Source of the DNA: Deferribacterales bacterium
Lineage (GTDB): Bacteria > Chrysiogenota > Deferribacteres > Deferribacterales > Geovibrionaceae
DNA length: 64,000 nucleotides
Assembly: GCA_050251875.1 (NCBI GenBank)
Contig: JBFWMA010000007.1
Location: 96,001 to 160,000 of the forward strand
Reading direction: 5' to 3'
The position numbers and the translations under genes were made by a program. Numbering within the stretch: the first letter of the stretch is position 1; every line of letters starts with the position of its first letter. The notes below the pieces were generated by a model, which was given only the letters and a program-made list of their open reading frames with translations, was not told the DNA's origin and did not search any database. Positions 40,414-51,061 of the stretch are shown here, in pieces.

Positions 40414-43400
40414 CTATATACTGCTTTCTACTATCTGGATTTCTTCAGGGGATAAACCATAAAGCTCATAAACCATTTGATCTATTTCTTTTTCGGTTTT
40501 GTCTATATTAGCCTGAATAGTCTTTATTTCAGACACACACTTGTCGAAATATTCCATCCATTCGGCTTTATCTTTCAATGATAGCTCAATCTTCTGTTTT
40601 TTGAGTTCAGATAAAAAAAGATTAAAATCATTAATATAAAACTCTAATAGTTTTCCTGACAAATGTATGTCTTTCATTTCTGCTGTTAATAAATTTATGA
40701 ATCTTTCCGACACTGCTTTTATTAATTTACGATTATTAATCATAATCTCAGATTTATTTTGAAATTTTAAGTAATATTCCGTCAAATCCGGAAAAGAAAA
40801 ATTTTCTAAATATTTTGTTTTAAATCTAAAAAAACCGCCTCGTAATTCAGGAGCTGTCATTGTTATAAAATACCAGAATAGTGAGGAGTTTAATATAGAT
40901 AGTATTGATTTATAATGATTTAAATCATTATTTCTTAAGATTAATCCATAGGTAGTATCATTATGATAAAATAAGCCATTTTCATCCAATGCCATTGAGG
41001 GGAAGTAACACACATCTGGAGTTATGATTTTAACTGCTGATTGGTTATTGCTATTTCTAAAGTTCCATAATGAATACCAGCAAGGGTATTGCATCTTTTC
41101 GCTTCCTCTATGTTCTAATCGCATTTTATGAGATAATAAATAACTGTAACACTTGGGAAATTCTGTTTTCAATGTCTTTTCGTCTATTAATTCAGTTTTA
41201 TCACCATTTAACCGATATGTGTAAATCAGTCTCGTATTATCGTAATCTATTAAATACTTATCGACATTTTTTGCGCCAACCAGCGGCTTCGTCACGTCTC
41301 TTTCAATCTCGATCCTATCTCCAACAAGTTTACTAAATCCACTAACATTATTTCCAGATATGACACAGTCATATAAATAAAAAGCACTGTTATCTCCTGA
41401 AACAATACCCTGAAAAGCACCTCTGAATAAGTCATTATATTTGTTCTGTTGTTTTGCTACTTTCTCAATAATTACTTTTTCAGTATCATCAGCAAAATAC
41501 CAAGGTTTATTACTCAGAGAGTCATATTCTATTCTCGAAAAAGACAGCGAATTATTAATAAAATCAGGTGCAGTTTTAGAAAACAATATCTTAGAATTAT
41601 TCTTTGATAATTTAATAACACATGTATATGCAGAGGCATCTTCAAATACCATATGGCTTCCAAAATGAATAACTTCTTCAACAAATTTTCTATCAAGTAA
41701 TAGTTTCCTAATTCCTTTTCCGAAATCTGTAATAAAAAACTTGTGAGGTAGAATATATGAGCATTTGCCGTTTGTTTTTAATAGCTTGAAGACAAGTTCA
41801 ATAAAAAGAACATAAATATCGTATTTTCCAACAGCAGAAGTGAAATTTTGCTCATAATACAGTGATTCATTTTCATAGTTTGTTTTTAAGCCTTGAATAC
41901 GAATATACGGTGGGTTACCAATTATGACATCAAAGCCACCACTATTCATTATATCTTTGAATTCTTCATGCCAGTTAAAAGCCTTTTCGCCTGCATACGC
42001 AGGATCATCTATAAGAGAGTTACCACATTTAATGTTTCCATTGAGATCTGAAAGCTTCCTGCCCTTTTGAGCTGTACGAAGCCACAAAGAGAGTTTTGCA
42101 ATTTCTACACTCTCATCGTTTATATCCACACCGTAGAGGTTATGTTCCAAAATCTCTTTGTCTGTATCCGTCAGTCGCAGCACTGTGTCTTTAGTCAGTT
42201 CTGCAATCATATCATCTATTAAAGAATGTTCTTTAATAAGATAGTCTAAAGCTTCATTAAGAAATGCTCCACTACCACATGCAGGGTCTAATATTTTTAA
42301 GCTAAATAACCATTTTTTATAATTTTCTAGTAGTTCTTTGATTTGTTTACCTTTTTCATTAAGATCTTTATTCTTGCCCTTTGTTTTTTTATAATCTTTG
42401 CTTAAATCAAAATCATAAAGTCCAATCTCTTCTTTCTTATTTCTACATAGAATACCAATAGTGTTTTCAATAATGTACTTTGTTATGAACTTTGGCGTAT
42501 AAAACACGCCATCCTTTTTACGGCGTGTTCTTGATTTATCAACCTTCTCTCCACTGATTTCTGCGGATTTTTCTTCTATATCACCAAGAGAATGCTCAAA
42601 AATATGTCCAAGTATGTTGACATCCACTTCTGAGTCAAAATCATACTTGGAAAGCGTCATACAGTTCTTAATGAGTGGGGCATCATCTATAACAATTTCA
42701 TCTAACATACTATCCGGCTTAAATAAGCCGCCATTATATGCATGAATAATATAACCATTTGATTCATAGCCATTGTTGAGGTATCCAAAGAATTTAATAA
42801 AACGCTCATACAGATGTCTATATTCATCAAGATCTTTTAACTTTTGCCATTGGGCAATCACTTCTGATATTGAATTTGGAGGAATTAGCCCCCTATCCTC
42901 TGCAAAAAAGATAAATAAAAATCTATCAAGTAACTTCTGTGTCTTTTTATAAAGCTCAAGCTTATCTACGGCTGGATTCTTCAGGATAATATTCTGATAA
43001 ATCTCTTCTCTGAAAACAGAATAATCTGCGTACAGCTTATTAGAAATACTTTCTTCGTGCACTTTAGATGCTGTCTTCAGCTTAAAAGGAATATCAGAAA
43101 GAATATTTTCTTTATTAATAAGAAAATACATCAGTTTAAATTCATGCCCTTTTATATCAAAAAGGTTGAATTCTTCATATTCGGTTGCATCATCGACATA
43201 AAAACGGATTAAGCGAAAATTTGAAGTAATAACATAACGGCAGTCTTTTTGACCGTTCTTATATCGAAACGCCTGATCCTGTATGCTCTCAAGATTTTTT
43301 GTTTTGTTTGATTTAAGCTCAATGACAGCAACAGGTTTACCGTCTTTCAGGATTGCCCCATCAGCCTTCTTAGCATCTTGAAGATTTTTAAACTCTGTAG

Positions 43401-43623
43401 TCAGGTTATAACTAGGGTCTGGATTAATCGTGTACCCGAAAACATTTACAAACAAGTCTCTTAAAAATCCTTCCTGATACTGCTCTTCTTTAGAATCTGC
43501 AATGTTCTGAAGCCGCTCCTGATTGCCATAGTATTTCTTAAATACTTCAAAAGCATCACTGACTTTCTTTTTGTCTATCGACTTTAAATAGCTATCAAGA
43601 ACCGATTTCTGAAACATACTCAT
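40414..43623 (-). CDS. Type IIG restriction-modification enzyme (fused REase-m6A MTase-TRD)
   Basis: N-terminal ADG...IELK; YNGGLF; GVFYTP; motif I LDPACGSGAFL; motif IV GNPPY; TaqI-like C-terminus. Confidence 0.93.
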   Translation of the reverse strand: MSMFQKSVLDSYLKSIDKKKVSDAFEVFKKYYGNQERLQNIADSKEEQYQEGFLRDLFVNVFGYTINPDPSYNLTTEFKNLQDAKKADGAILKDGKPVAVIELKSNKTKNLESIQDQAFRYKNGQKDCRYVITSNFRLIRFYVDDATEYEEFNLFDIKGHEFKLMYFLINKENILSDIPFKLKTASKVHEESISNKLYADYSVFREEIYQNIILKNPAVDKLELYKKTQKLLDRFLFIFFAEDRGLIPPNSISEVIAQWQKLKDLDEYRHLYERFIKFFGYLNNGYESNGYIIHAYNGGLFKPDSMLDEIVIDDAPLIKNCMTLSKYDFDSEVDVNILGHIFEHSLGDIEEKSAEISGEKVDKSRTRRKKDGVFYTPKFITKYIIENTIGILCRNKKEEIGLYDFDLSKDYKKTKGKNKDLNEKGKQIKELLENYKKWLFSLKILDPACGSGAFLNEALDYLIKEHSLIDDMIAELTKDTVLRLTDTDKEILEHNLYGVDINDESVEIAKLSLWLRTAQKGRKLSDLNGNIKCGNSLIDDPAYAGEKAFNWHEEFKDIMNSGGFDVIIGNPPYIRIQGLKTNYENESLYYEQNFTSAVGKYDIYVLFIELVFKLLKTNGKCSYILPHKFFITDFGKGIRKLLLDRKFVEEVIHFGSHMVFEDASAYTCVIKLSKNNSKILFSKTAPDFINNSLSFSRIEYDSLSNKPWYFADDTEKVIIEKVAKQQNKYNDLFRGAFQGIVSGDNSAFYLYDCVISGNNVSGFSKLVGDRIEIERDVTKPLVGAKNVDKYLIDYDNTRLIYTYRLNGDKTELIDEKTLKTEFPKCYSYLLSHKMRLEHRGSEKMQYPCWYSLWNFRNSNNQSAVKIITPDVCYFPSMALDENGLFYHNDTTYGLILRNNDLNHYKSILSILNSSLFWYFITMTAPELRGGFFRFKTKYLENFSFPDLTEYYLKFQNKSEIMINNRKLIKAVSERFINLLTAEMKDIHLSGKLLEFYINDFNLFLSELKKQKIELSLKDKAEWMEYFDKCVSEIKTIQANIDKTEKEIDQMVYELYGLSPEEIQIVESSI

Positions 43624-43653
43624 CTCTACCGCCTAAACACTTATCAAACTAAA

Positions 43654-44715
43654 TCACATAACATGATATAACTTATTTATGTTTTGTACCAATAAAATTA
43701 AAGCTACCTGCAAAGAGGAAATTAATATTGCATTATCAATTCCGCATTTTAATGTCTTAAAAACTGATGTTATGTAACTAGCAAGTACAAGATATGACAA
43801 AATATTTTGTATAGCTTTTAACTCTAAGCCATGGAAGATATACGGACTTAATTCATACCCGCACAGATAAGCAATATATATTAATAACAAATGCATCAGA
43901 TTTGTCGTAACAAAAAAAGAGTATGCTGATTTAACTTTGAAAATCCTAAGACTACACTGCCAGCATATTGCTGCAAAAAATAAGGCAAAGCCCATATAAA
44001 TAAAGTTATTCAATAATTTAGGAGTCATTATCCCGATAGCTCCCAATTTAACAGCCTTTTCAACATTTAAATTGAGCCCTCTTTCAACTGCCGAATAACC
44101 TGTTCTAATAAAAATGTTATAACAAACAAAAAAGACGGCAAAATAGATACTAATGACTAAACCATAGACATTATTTCCAAGTTTTTCATAACTTATTCTT
44201 TCAGGGGAAATGTATATCCCGGGGAAAAATAACAGAAAATATCTCAAAAGATATGTCAAATAGAAGCCAATTCCCTTAGAAGTACGTTTTGTTATTTTGA
44301 AAAGCAGGACACTATCTTCAATAACATAATTTTCATAGTAATTCTCATAGATATGATCTCGGAAAATGCTTACTTTTAATGTTTTGAGAGCACTACTGAT
44401 TTTTTGTCTATCAGTCGAACTCGACTCAGACTGATTAATCATCAGCCACAAGTCTTTAATTTTATCATAATCTTCAGTTAAATTATCTTTATTAGATAGA
44501 AATTGAATGATTGCTTCAAGATAGTTCCTTGCTGCTTCAGGAATTTTGTCACTATACTTCTTGTTTTTAAATCTATCTTTAAACTCTTTTAAATACTCAA
44601 GTGTCAACAAACGTTCATCATCTGAATAAACAATTTTTTCATTCTCACTCACCTGAAACACCTCTAAAGCACATAACTTATCCCTGTTAATAGATAACTT
44701 ATGTTTACCTACCAA
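43654..44715 (-). CDS. hypothetical protein: soluble N-terminus plus multi-TM C-terminus
   Basis: 353 aa; about 5-6 hydrophobic helices after residue ~145; TTG start uncertain. Confidence 0.65.
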   Translation of the reverse strand: MVGKHKLSINRDKLCALEVFQVSENEKIVYSDDERLLTLEYLKEFKDRFKNKKYSDKIPEAARNYLEAIIQFLSNKDNLTEDYDKIKDLWLMINQSESSSTDRQKISSALKTLKVSIFRDHIYENYYENYVIEDSVLLFKITKRTSKGIGFYLTYLLRYFLLFFPGIYISPERISYEKLGNNVYGLVISIYFAVFFVCYNIFIRTGYSAVERGLNLNVEKAVKLGAIGIMTPKLLNNFIYMGFALFFAAICWQCSLRIFKVKSAYSFFVTTNLMHLLLIYIAYLCGYELSPYIFHGLELKAIQNILSYLVLASYITSVFKTLKCGIDNAILISSLQVALILLVQNINKLYHVM

Positions 44716-44759
44716 GATATTAACACATAAAATCTAAGAAAATGCAATTGGAGGAATCT

Positions 44760-44945
44760 ATGAAAAAATATTTAAACATTGATGAAGTTTCTGAGTACAT
44801 AAACAAAAAGAAGGCAACCATCTATCAGCTCACTCATATGAGGAAAATCCCGCACATAAAAAGCGGAGGAACTCTTCTGTTCGATCCTGATGATCTTGAT
44901 GCATGGCTTGACTCTCAGAAAATAAGAGTGAGGAAAAACAAATGA
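44760..44945 (+). CDS. excisionase-like HTH_17 DNA-binding protein
   Basis: YLNIDEVSEYI..K.TIY......IPHIK.GG.LLFD..DLDAWL; GGAGG RBS. Confidence 0.88.
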   Translation: MKKYLNIDEVSEYINKKKATIYQLTHMRKIPHIKSGGTLLFDPDDLDAWLDSQKIRVRKNK

Positions 44946-47619
44946 GTCTACTCAGGGCAATAGCAATCTCAAACGCACTGAACTATTATTATGAGAAAGA
45001 TCCCATATTTAATGGTGTATCTTTTGAAAACACCAAATGGAGCGGAAAAGCCGCAGAAGAATTAGGGTTAAGCGGTAATATTGAAAAAGCCCATTTTGAA
45101 AGAATATTAAGGGGGCAAAATCCAAGAAGTAACGAACAACTTATCCAAAATGGAGTAAATAACAACCACAGAGCTGGTATAGACTTTGTATTGTCTGCGC
45201 CTAAATCGGTCTCTGTTCATGCTTTACATGTAGGAGACAGTAGAATAGTCGATGCTCATACCAGAGCAGTTGAAAAAACTATTCAATATATTGAATCAAT
45301 AGCTATGGCAAGGCAAACGAAAGACAATACAACCTCTTTTGTCAAAACAAATAATATAGCAGCGGCTATTTTCCATCATTCAACATCTCGATCTAACGAT
45401 CCACAATTACATTCACATACAATAGTCGCCAACTTGACTAAGTCTGAAGATGGTTGGCGTGCTACTTCAAATGAAGTTTTTTTTTGAGCCAAAAAATGAT
45501 TAACCAAGTATATCAAAATCATCTAGCACAAAATATTGTTGAACTTGGATACAATATTGACCGCAAAGGATCATCATTTGAGCTGTCTGGGTTTAAACAG
45601 GAGTGGATTGATCAGTTCTCCAAGAGATCAGACGAAGTCACAAAATATCTGAATGAAAATATCGATAAGTTAAGAGAGAAGTATCCTGAAGCTTCTGAAC
45701 AGAAACTTAAAGATATGGCTATTCTGGCGAGCAGAGATGAAAAAGATAAATCCATTACCTCCGCAGAATTGAAAGACTTGTGGGAATCTCAGGTCAATCG
45801 AGACAGCATCGAACAAACAGTCAGTAATTCCATTGAGCAACAACTTCAAAGCTACACACTAGAAAAAACAGCAGATCTCATTACAGAAAACCAGTCCACT
45901 TTCACAAAGGAGCAGTTAGCGGAAACATACCTTAAGTTGAATGTTGGCTCTCGAACTATAGAAGACTTCGAAAAGGAGTTTCAAAAAACATTTTCAAATG
46001 AACAAATTCAAAAAATCGGAGAAGTATCAACTAGAATAGGAACTAGAACTATTAATTTGCCGTCAACAATCTATACAACAGCCAACGTAATAGAATCAGA
46101 AAAGGCGATTCTCAATACAATTGAAAATCAGAAGAGTACCAACTCATATATGACGGCTGAACAGGTGATCCAGTATCTTGAAAACACCTCATTGACTGCA
46201 GGACAACAAAAACTTGACGAGCATATCGCCACTACGAAGAAGCAGTTTTCGCTCATTCAGGGAGACGCAGGAACTGGCAAAACTTATGCATTAGACATGG
46301 TTGCAAATATTTTACAGCAGGAATCTGATGTTAAGATTATCGGAGCGTCATTCACAGGGAAAGCCGCCGCTGAAATTGAAGAAAAAACGAATGGTAATAT
46401 TCAGGCTCACACACTCCATAGCCTTTTGAACAACTGGGATAAACATATTAAACTTGATCAACCGTCTCTCCTCATTGTTGATGAAGCCTCAATGATTTCT
46501 TCAAAACAGTTTGCATCTATTATTGAACATGCTCAAGGTACGGACACCAGAGTCGTGTTTATTGGCGATACCAAACAGCTACAGCCAATTCAGGCTGGGC
46601 AAATTTTCAAAGATGCTATCGACAAATTCGGTGCAGATGTTGTTCTCTCTGAAAACTTACGTCAACAGACCTCACTTACACAAGAGGTAGTCGGATCAAT
46701 CAAAGACTATCACCAAGGAATAAACGACAATGGTATACAGCAAGCCTTATCCGTATTATCAGCCAATGATAAACTTCACGAAAGTTCTGATTTTAACAAA
46801 GATGTTATTGAGAATTACAGGAATTTCATCGAGCCGGGAAAGAATGTCTTAATTCTCACACATAATAATGAACTCAAAGACTCTTTAAATCTAGATGCTA
46901 GAAAGGTTTTATTACCTGATAACGCTGACCGTTTTGAACTCACTGTCAGAGAGCAGATAAATATCAGTCAGACCGATAAATTCAATTCTCACAGCTTTGA
47001 AGCTGGACAGAGTATCTTTATAACAGCCGCCATCGATAACTTTAAAGCCGGATCTGAATGGCAGATTTCATATATAGACCATGAAAACAACAGCCTTAGT
47101 GTCATAAATCCCAAAGGATACTCTGAATCAATCAGCCTATCCGAACACGGCAATCACATTTCGGCATTTACTGAGCAGAACAAAGAATTTGCCGTAGGAG
47201 ACAAAATTGTATTCGAGAAGAACGACTACCTACTTGATGTCAAAAATGGGCAGACAGGTCAAATAGAGAGCTATGAGAACGGCATTCTCTCAATCAACAA
47301 AGACAACGGCGATTCAGTCAATTTTAAACCTGAAAACTATAACTACCTTGATTATGGATATGCTCTGACAGTCCACAAAGCTCAAGGCCAAACATGTGAC
47401 ACCGTCCAATATGTCACCGAATCTAATGACAAAATGATCAATTCTGAAAGCTTCTACGTGGCAATGACCAGAGCCACAGATGACATACACATATACACCG
47501 ATGACGCTGACAAACTAGCAGATCGAGCAAGCATTCATGAGAATGAAATATCGCTTCATGACATGCTTGAGAACACCAACACCCACGAAACAGAAATGGA
47601 CAACCAGATAGAATTTTAA
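44942..47619 (+). pseudogene. MOBF (TrwC/TraI-like) relaxase-helicase, frameshifted at a T9 tract
   Basis: ORF1 has NYYYEKD, D..LSAPKSVS and HSTSR..DPQLHSH. ORF2 has FS.RS, QGDAGTGKT, VDEASM, GDTKQL, YGYA.TVHKAQG.T and YVAMTRA. One extra T at 45477-45485 would fuse them into ~892 aa. Confidence 0.85.
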
Positions 47620-47699
47620 GACTCGGAAAAGGAGGATACTTCACGCAACCATGTTGCTTTGAAGAATCCGAATAAAATACAAGAATATAAATAAGTTAA

Positions 47700-47800
47700 A
47701 TAAAGAATTCTGTAATGTTAAATGCACTACAGAGTGTGCGGATAAAAGCTGAAAAGTCTGGCCAGACAATGCACTAACAACGCACGACAAAATTAATACG
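47700..47800. other. candidate oriT
   Basis: Intergenic, between the relaxase and the RHH-like gene. AATGCACTA direct repeat, GTCTGGCCAGAC palindrome, and a minus-strand GTGCATTGTCT resembling the R388 nic (…TATTGTCT/). Confidence 0.45.
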
Positions 47801-47808
47801 GAGGACAG

Positions 47809-48192
47809 ATGTATAAGAACATCACTTTCAGGATCAGTTTTGCTGATTATGCCTCCCTCCAATCCTTCGCTGAGTCAAAGAACTTGACTATAAGCGAAGC
47901 CTTGAGAGAGCTAATCCGAAGCATCGGAAAACAGAAAACATTTGAGGCCAGATTAATGGATTTTATGAAGAAAATCGAATCTGAACTTAATGCTTCTGGC
48001 GGTTATGACACCACCCTTTTGAAACAGATCTTTGACGAGGTAATCAACGTCAACAAAGGTCTGGCTATCATGGTGAACAAAAATAGCCGGAACGAATGGG
48101 ACGACATGGTTAAGATCAAAAAAGCTCTTTATCTACTGTCAAATTCATCACCACAAACAGCAGCAGAAATGAAAAAGCTGCTGGAAAGCTAA
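47809..48192 (+). CDS. TrwA/MobC-like ribbon-helix-helix relaxosome accessory protein
   Basis: ITFRIS..DY..L...A......ISE.LRELI RHH pattern; directly upstream of the T4CP. Confidence 0.65.
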   Translation: MYKNITFRISFADYASLQSFAESKNLTISEALRELIRSIGKQKTFEARLMDFMKKIESELNASGGYDTTLLKQIFDEVINVNKGLAIMVNKNSRNEWDDMVKIKKALYLLSNSSPQTAAEMKKLLES

Positions 48193-48202
48193 GGAGCATT
48201 TA

Positions 48203-49978
48203 ATGAGTGAAAATCATAATTACACTGGTTTTGAAGCGTGGCTTCACAACCTCAAAATGTCAATGAGGATGATATTATTCATCCTCGCCGCTCTGGTCAT
48301 TGTATATTTAGCAGTAGTGGTAACATACGTCTACTTCTCTTATGACAAGGATCAGCTCTATTATATGTACAAGTGGCTACTGTCAGGAGCATTGGCAAGG
48401 ACACTTCCAAATTTTGCTATGCACCTGAACTATGACGGCAAGGTTATAGAAGTAGCTGCTCATAACCTGTTTTCAACCTATTATGAGCAGGGAATAAAAG
48501 ACTTACTGACTCTCAAGTCGATAGCAATGAAATCCTTGTTGGTGTTTCTGCTGTTCTTTCCTCTACATAAGTTCTTCAGTAACAAAACGAAGAGTCAATC
48601 AAAGGATGAGTACGCCAGAGGATCACAATTAAGCACACCGAAGGAGTTGAGAAAGCAGCTTAGAACAGAACAACTGAGCCTCTCATTTGGAGAAGTCAAA
48701 ATGCCTGTAAAAGCAGAGGTGAAGCATTGCTTCATAGTCGGAGCAACAGGCAAAGGGAAAACTGTTCTGACAAGCTCATTTATAGAAGAACTGCGAAGAC
48801 GTGGAGAAAAGGCAATCATCTATGATTTTAAAGGTGATTACGTCAGTAGATTTTTTGATCCTGAGAGAGATTTACTCTTCAACCCACTGGATAGCAGATC
48901 TATCAACTGGGACATCTTTTCAGATATGAAAACGCCTATGGACATCATATCTATGACGGCCTCTCTGATTCCGGAACAGGCACACACATCACAGCCGTTT
49001 TTCAATTTGGCGGCAAGAGATGTTTTCACTGGTGTCGTAAGCCATCTATTCCAGACGAACCAGAAGAATTATTCCGCTCTCTGGAATACACTGACAAAGT
49101 CACCTGAAAAATTAGCAGAAATTCTTCGAAATACTAAAGGCGGCACGGCAGGAGCGGCACACATAGCAGACCCCTCAAATAAACAGACAGGGTCAGTTCT
49201 GTCAACTATGCACCTGTATTCTAAAATCTTTGAATACTTCAAAGATGATAATGACTCATTCAGCATTGAAGAATGGGTGAAAAACGGATCAGGGATATTG
49301 TTTATATCCAACTATGACAAGCTAAAAGAGACTCTTAAGCCGATTCTGACAATGTTCATAGATACTGTTGCCAGAAACCTGATATCCATGCCTGACAATC
49401 CAAATAACAGACTATTCTTTATTCTGGATGAGTTTGGTACTCTTCAAAAGATGCAGAGAATCGTTGAGCTTTTGACATTATCCCGAAGTAAAGGCGGTGC
49501 TGTTTTCTTGGGTATTCAGGACATCGGACAGATAGATAATATCTACGGCAAAGATCTTAGAAATACCATCATCAATGCTTGCAGCACAAATGCGATATTC
49601 GGGGTCAATGATCCCGACACCGCTGACTTTCTCAGCCGCAAGATTGGAGATACGGAATATCACAAGGCTCTGAGTGGAATGACGTTTGGATCGTCAGAAA
49701 GAAACTCTGTAAACATGCACAGACAAAAAGTCAGAGAACCACTGTTTATTCCATCTCAGATTATGCAGCTGCCAGATTTACAGTGCTATGTGAAGTTTCC
49801 CAACTTTGCCGGCTGCATGACAACCTTAAAGCCTAAAAGTTATTCAGTGAATCAGGAAGAATTCAAAATGAGGTCAGATCTCTCATTGGAGAATATCTTT
49901 TGGGAGAGGCAAAAGATCATTGATGAGCTACAAATTAACAAAACAGACCAAGATACTTCAAAGTTAGAAAAGTTTTAG
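48203..49978 (+). CDS. type IV coupling protein (TraD/TrwB family)
   Basis: Two TM helices; H.FIVGATGKGKT; IYDFKG; FNPLD.RS; ILDEF..L; RSKGG; LG.QD..Q. Confidence 0.92.
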   Translation: MSENHNYTGFEAWLHNLKMSMRMILFILAALVIVYLAVVVTYVYFSYDKDQLYYMYKWLLSGALARTLPNFAMHLNYDGKVIEVAAHNLFSTYYEQGIKDLLTLKSIAMKSLLVFLLFFPLHKFFSNKTKSQSKDEYARGSQLSTPKELRKQLRTEQLSLSFGEVKMPVKAEVKHCFIVGATGKGKTVLTSSFIEELRRRGEKAIIYDFKGDYVSRFFDPERDLLFNPLDSRSINWDIFSDMKTPMDIISMTASLIPEQAHTSQPFFNLAARDVFTGVVSHLFQTNQKNYSALWNTLTKSPEKLAEILRNTKGGTAGAAHIADPSNKQTGSVLSTMHLYSKIFEYFKDDNDSFSIEEWVKNGSGILFISNYDKLKETLKPILTMFIDTVARNLISMPDNPNNRLFFILDEFGTLQKMQRIVELLTLSRSKGGAVFLGIQDIGQIDNIYGKDLRNTIINACSTNAIFGVNDPDTADFLSRKIGDTEYHKALSGMTFGSSERNSVNMHRQKVREPLFIPSQIMQLPDLQCYVKFPNFAGCMTTLKPKSYSVNQEEFKMRSDLSLENIFWERQKIIDELQINKTDQDTSKLEKF

Positions 49979-49984
49979 GATACT

Positions 49985-50010
49985 AGCCCCTTATTATTAA
50001 GGGGCTTTTT
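49985..50010 (+). terminator. intrinsic terminator after T4CP
   Basis: AGCCCCTT-ATTATT-AAGGGGCTTTTT. Confidence 0.8.
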
Positions 50011-50044
50011 ACCATAATACATGTACAAAACTCATGATACATAT

Positions 50045-51016
50045 TTAGCTTTGAACTTCTAGATATTCGACATCTATAGAAAGTCTTGAGTTTTTTATCA
50101 GGTCAGAAGTAAAGTCTTCCCAAGTTCCTTTTTCAACCCTCCTAGACAAATAAAAAGCTGCCATACGCTGAAATTTTCTTGAAACTATTTCCAAATCTTT
50201 TATAAATATTTCCAATCTTTCAGAATTATTATTCCCATAACTCAGAAAAATTGAATCACGATAATTAGCTTTCCCTCGATAACGAAACGCTTGAATTAAA
50301 TAGTTTACTACGTATTTAGACAGGTGGTTATCTCTTAGTTCTTTAGCAGCTTTGCTACGAAAATTGTCTACACCCAGAGACTTAAACTCTCGGCTAGTTT
50401 TTACTCTCTCTTCTATACGACATTTTTCATATTCCGACGTGCCACTGAGATATGAAACAATTGCGCCCCAAGCTTCATCATTACTTTCTGCATGAATATT
50501 TAGATTATATATATTGTTGCCACGATATTCAGCAATTTTAGTTTCAATTTCATTTTGAATAAGACTATTCAGACTCAACGAAAAAGGTGGCATTACTAGC
50601 TGATGGTCAACAATATCAGATTGCCATACCTTTGCTGTTAGAGCATGAGTTTCCTGTGTAGATCCTGATGCAGCAGCAACCATAGCACTACACGTAAAAT
50701 AAGTACTGTAATACCAGCTAATAATAGCAGAACGACATACATCATAAGGGTGAGAAATATCTTCACATAGTCTAACAAGTGCAGCTTGATTATGAAAAGC
50801 CATCATCATGTTCTCAAAAACTAATGTATCCGCTTCATGATTCAGTGTACGTCTACTTACTCTTTGATAATAACTATTTATATTTTCATCTTCAAGGGAA
50901 CCATTTTGAACTATAAAGGAAAGCGCTCGCATCCAATTTACAGTACCTTGAAATGCAAAATTTGGTTTCTGCCGACTATCCGCATCAAACAAACGATCTA
51001 ATAACCACTTTGCCAT
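50045..51016 (-). CDS. HEPN-like hypothetical protein
   Basis: AIISWYYSTY..C.AM, ETH and FRYRGKANY resemble HEPN helices (YYA.F…H…R..ADY); ATG at 51016 after GAGG. Confidence 0.55.
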   Translation of the reverse strand: MAKWLLDRLFDADSRQKPNFAFQGTVNWMRALSFIVQNGSLEDENINSYYQRVSRRTLNHEADTLVFENMMMAFHNQAALVRLCEDISHPYDVCRSAIISWYYSTYFTCSAMVAAASGSTQETHALTAKVWQSDIVDHQLVMPPFSLSLNSLIQNEIETKIAEYRGNNIYNLNIHAESNDEAWGAIVSYLSGTSEYEKCRIEERVKTSREFKSLGVDNFRSKAAKELRDNHLSKYVVNYLIQAFRYRGKANYRDSIFLSYGNNNSERLEIFIKDLEIVSRKFQRMAAFYLSRRVEKGTWEDFTSDLIKNSRLSIDVEYLEVQS

Positions 51017-51061
51017 ATATTTCCTCAATATTTATGCAGAATCATAGATAATTTATATCTG

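Noticed and set aside
47641..47862. 73-aa minus-strand ORF
   Set aside because: Overlaps the candidate oriT and the RHH gene start, with no motif support
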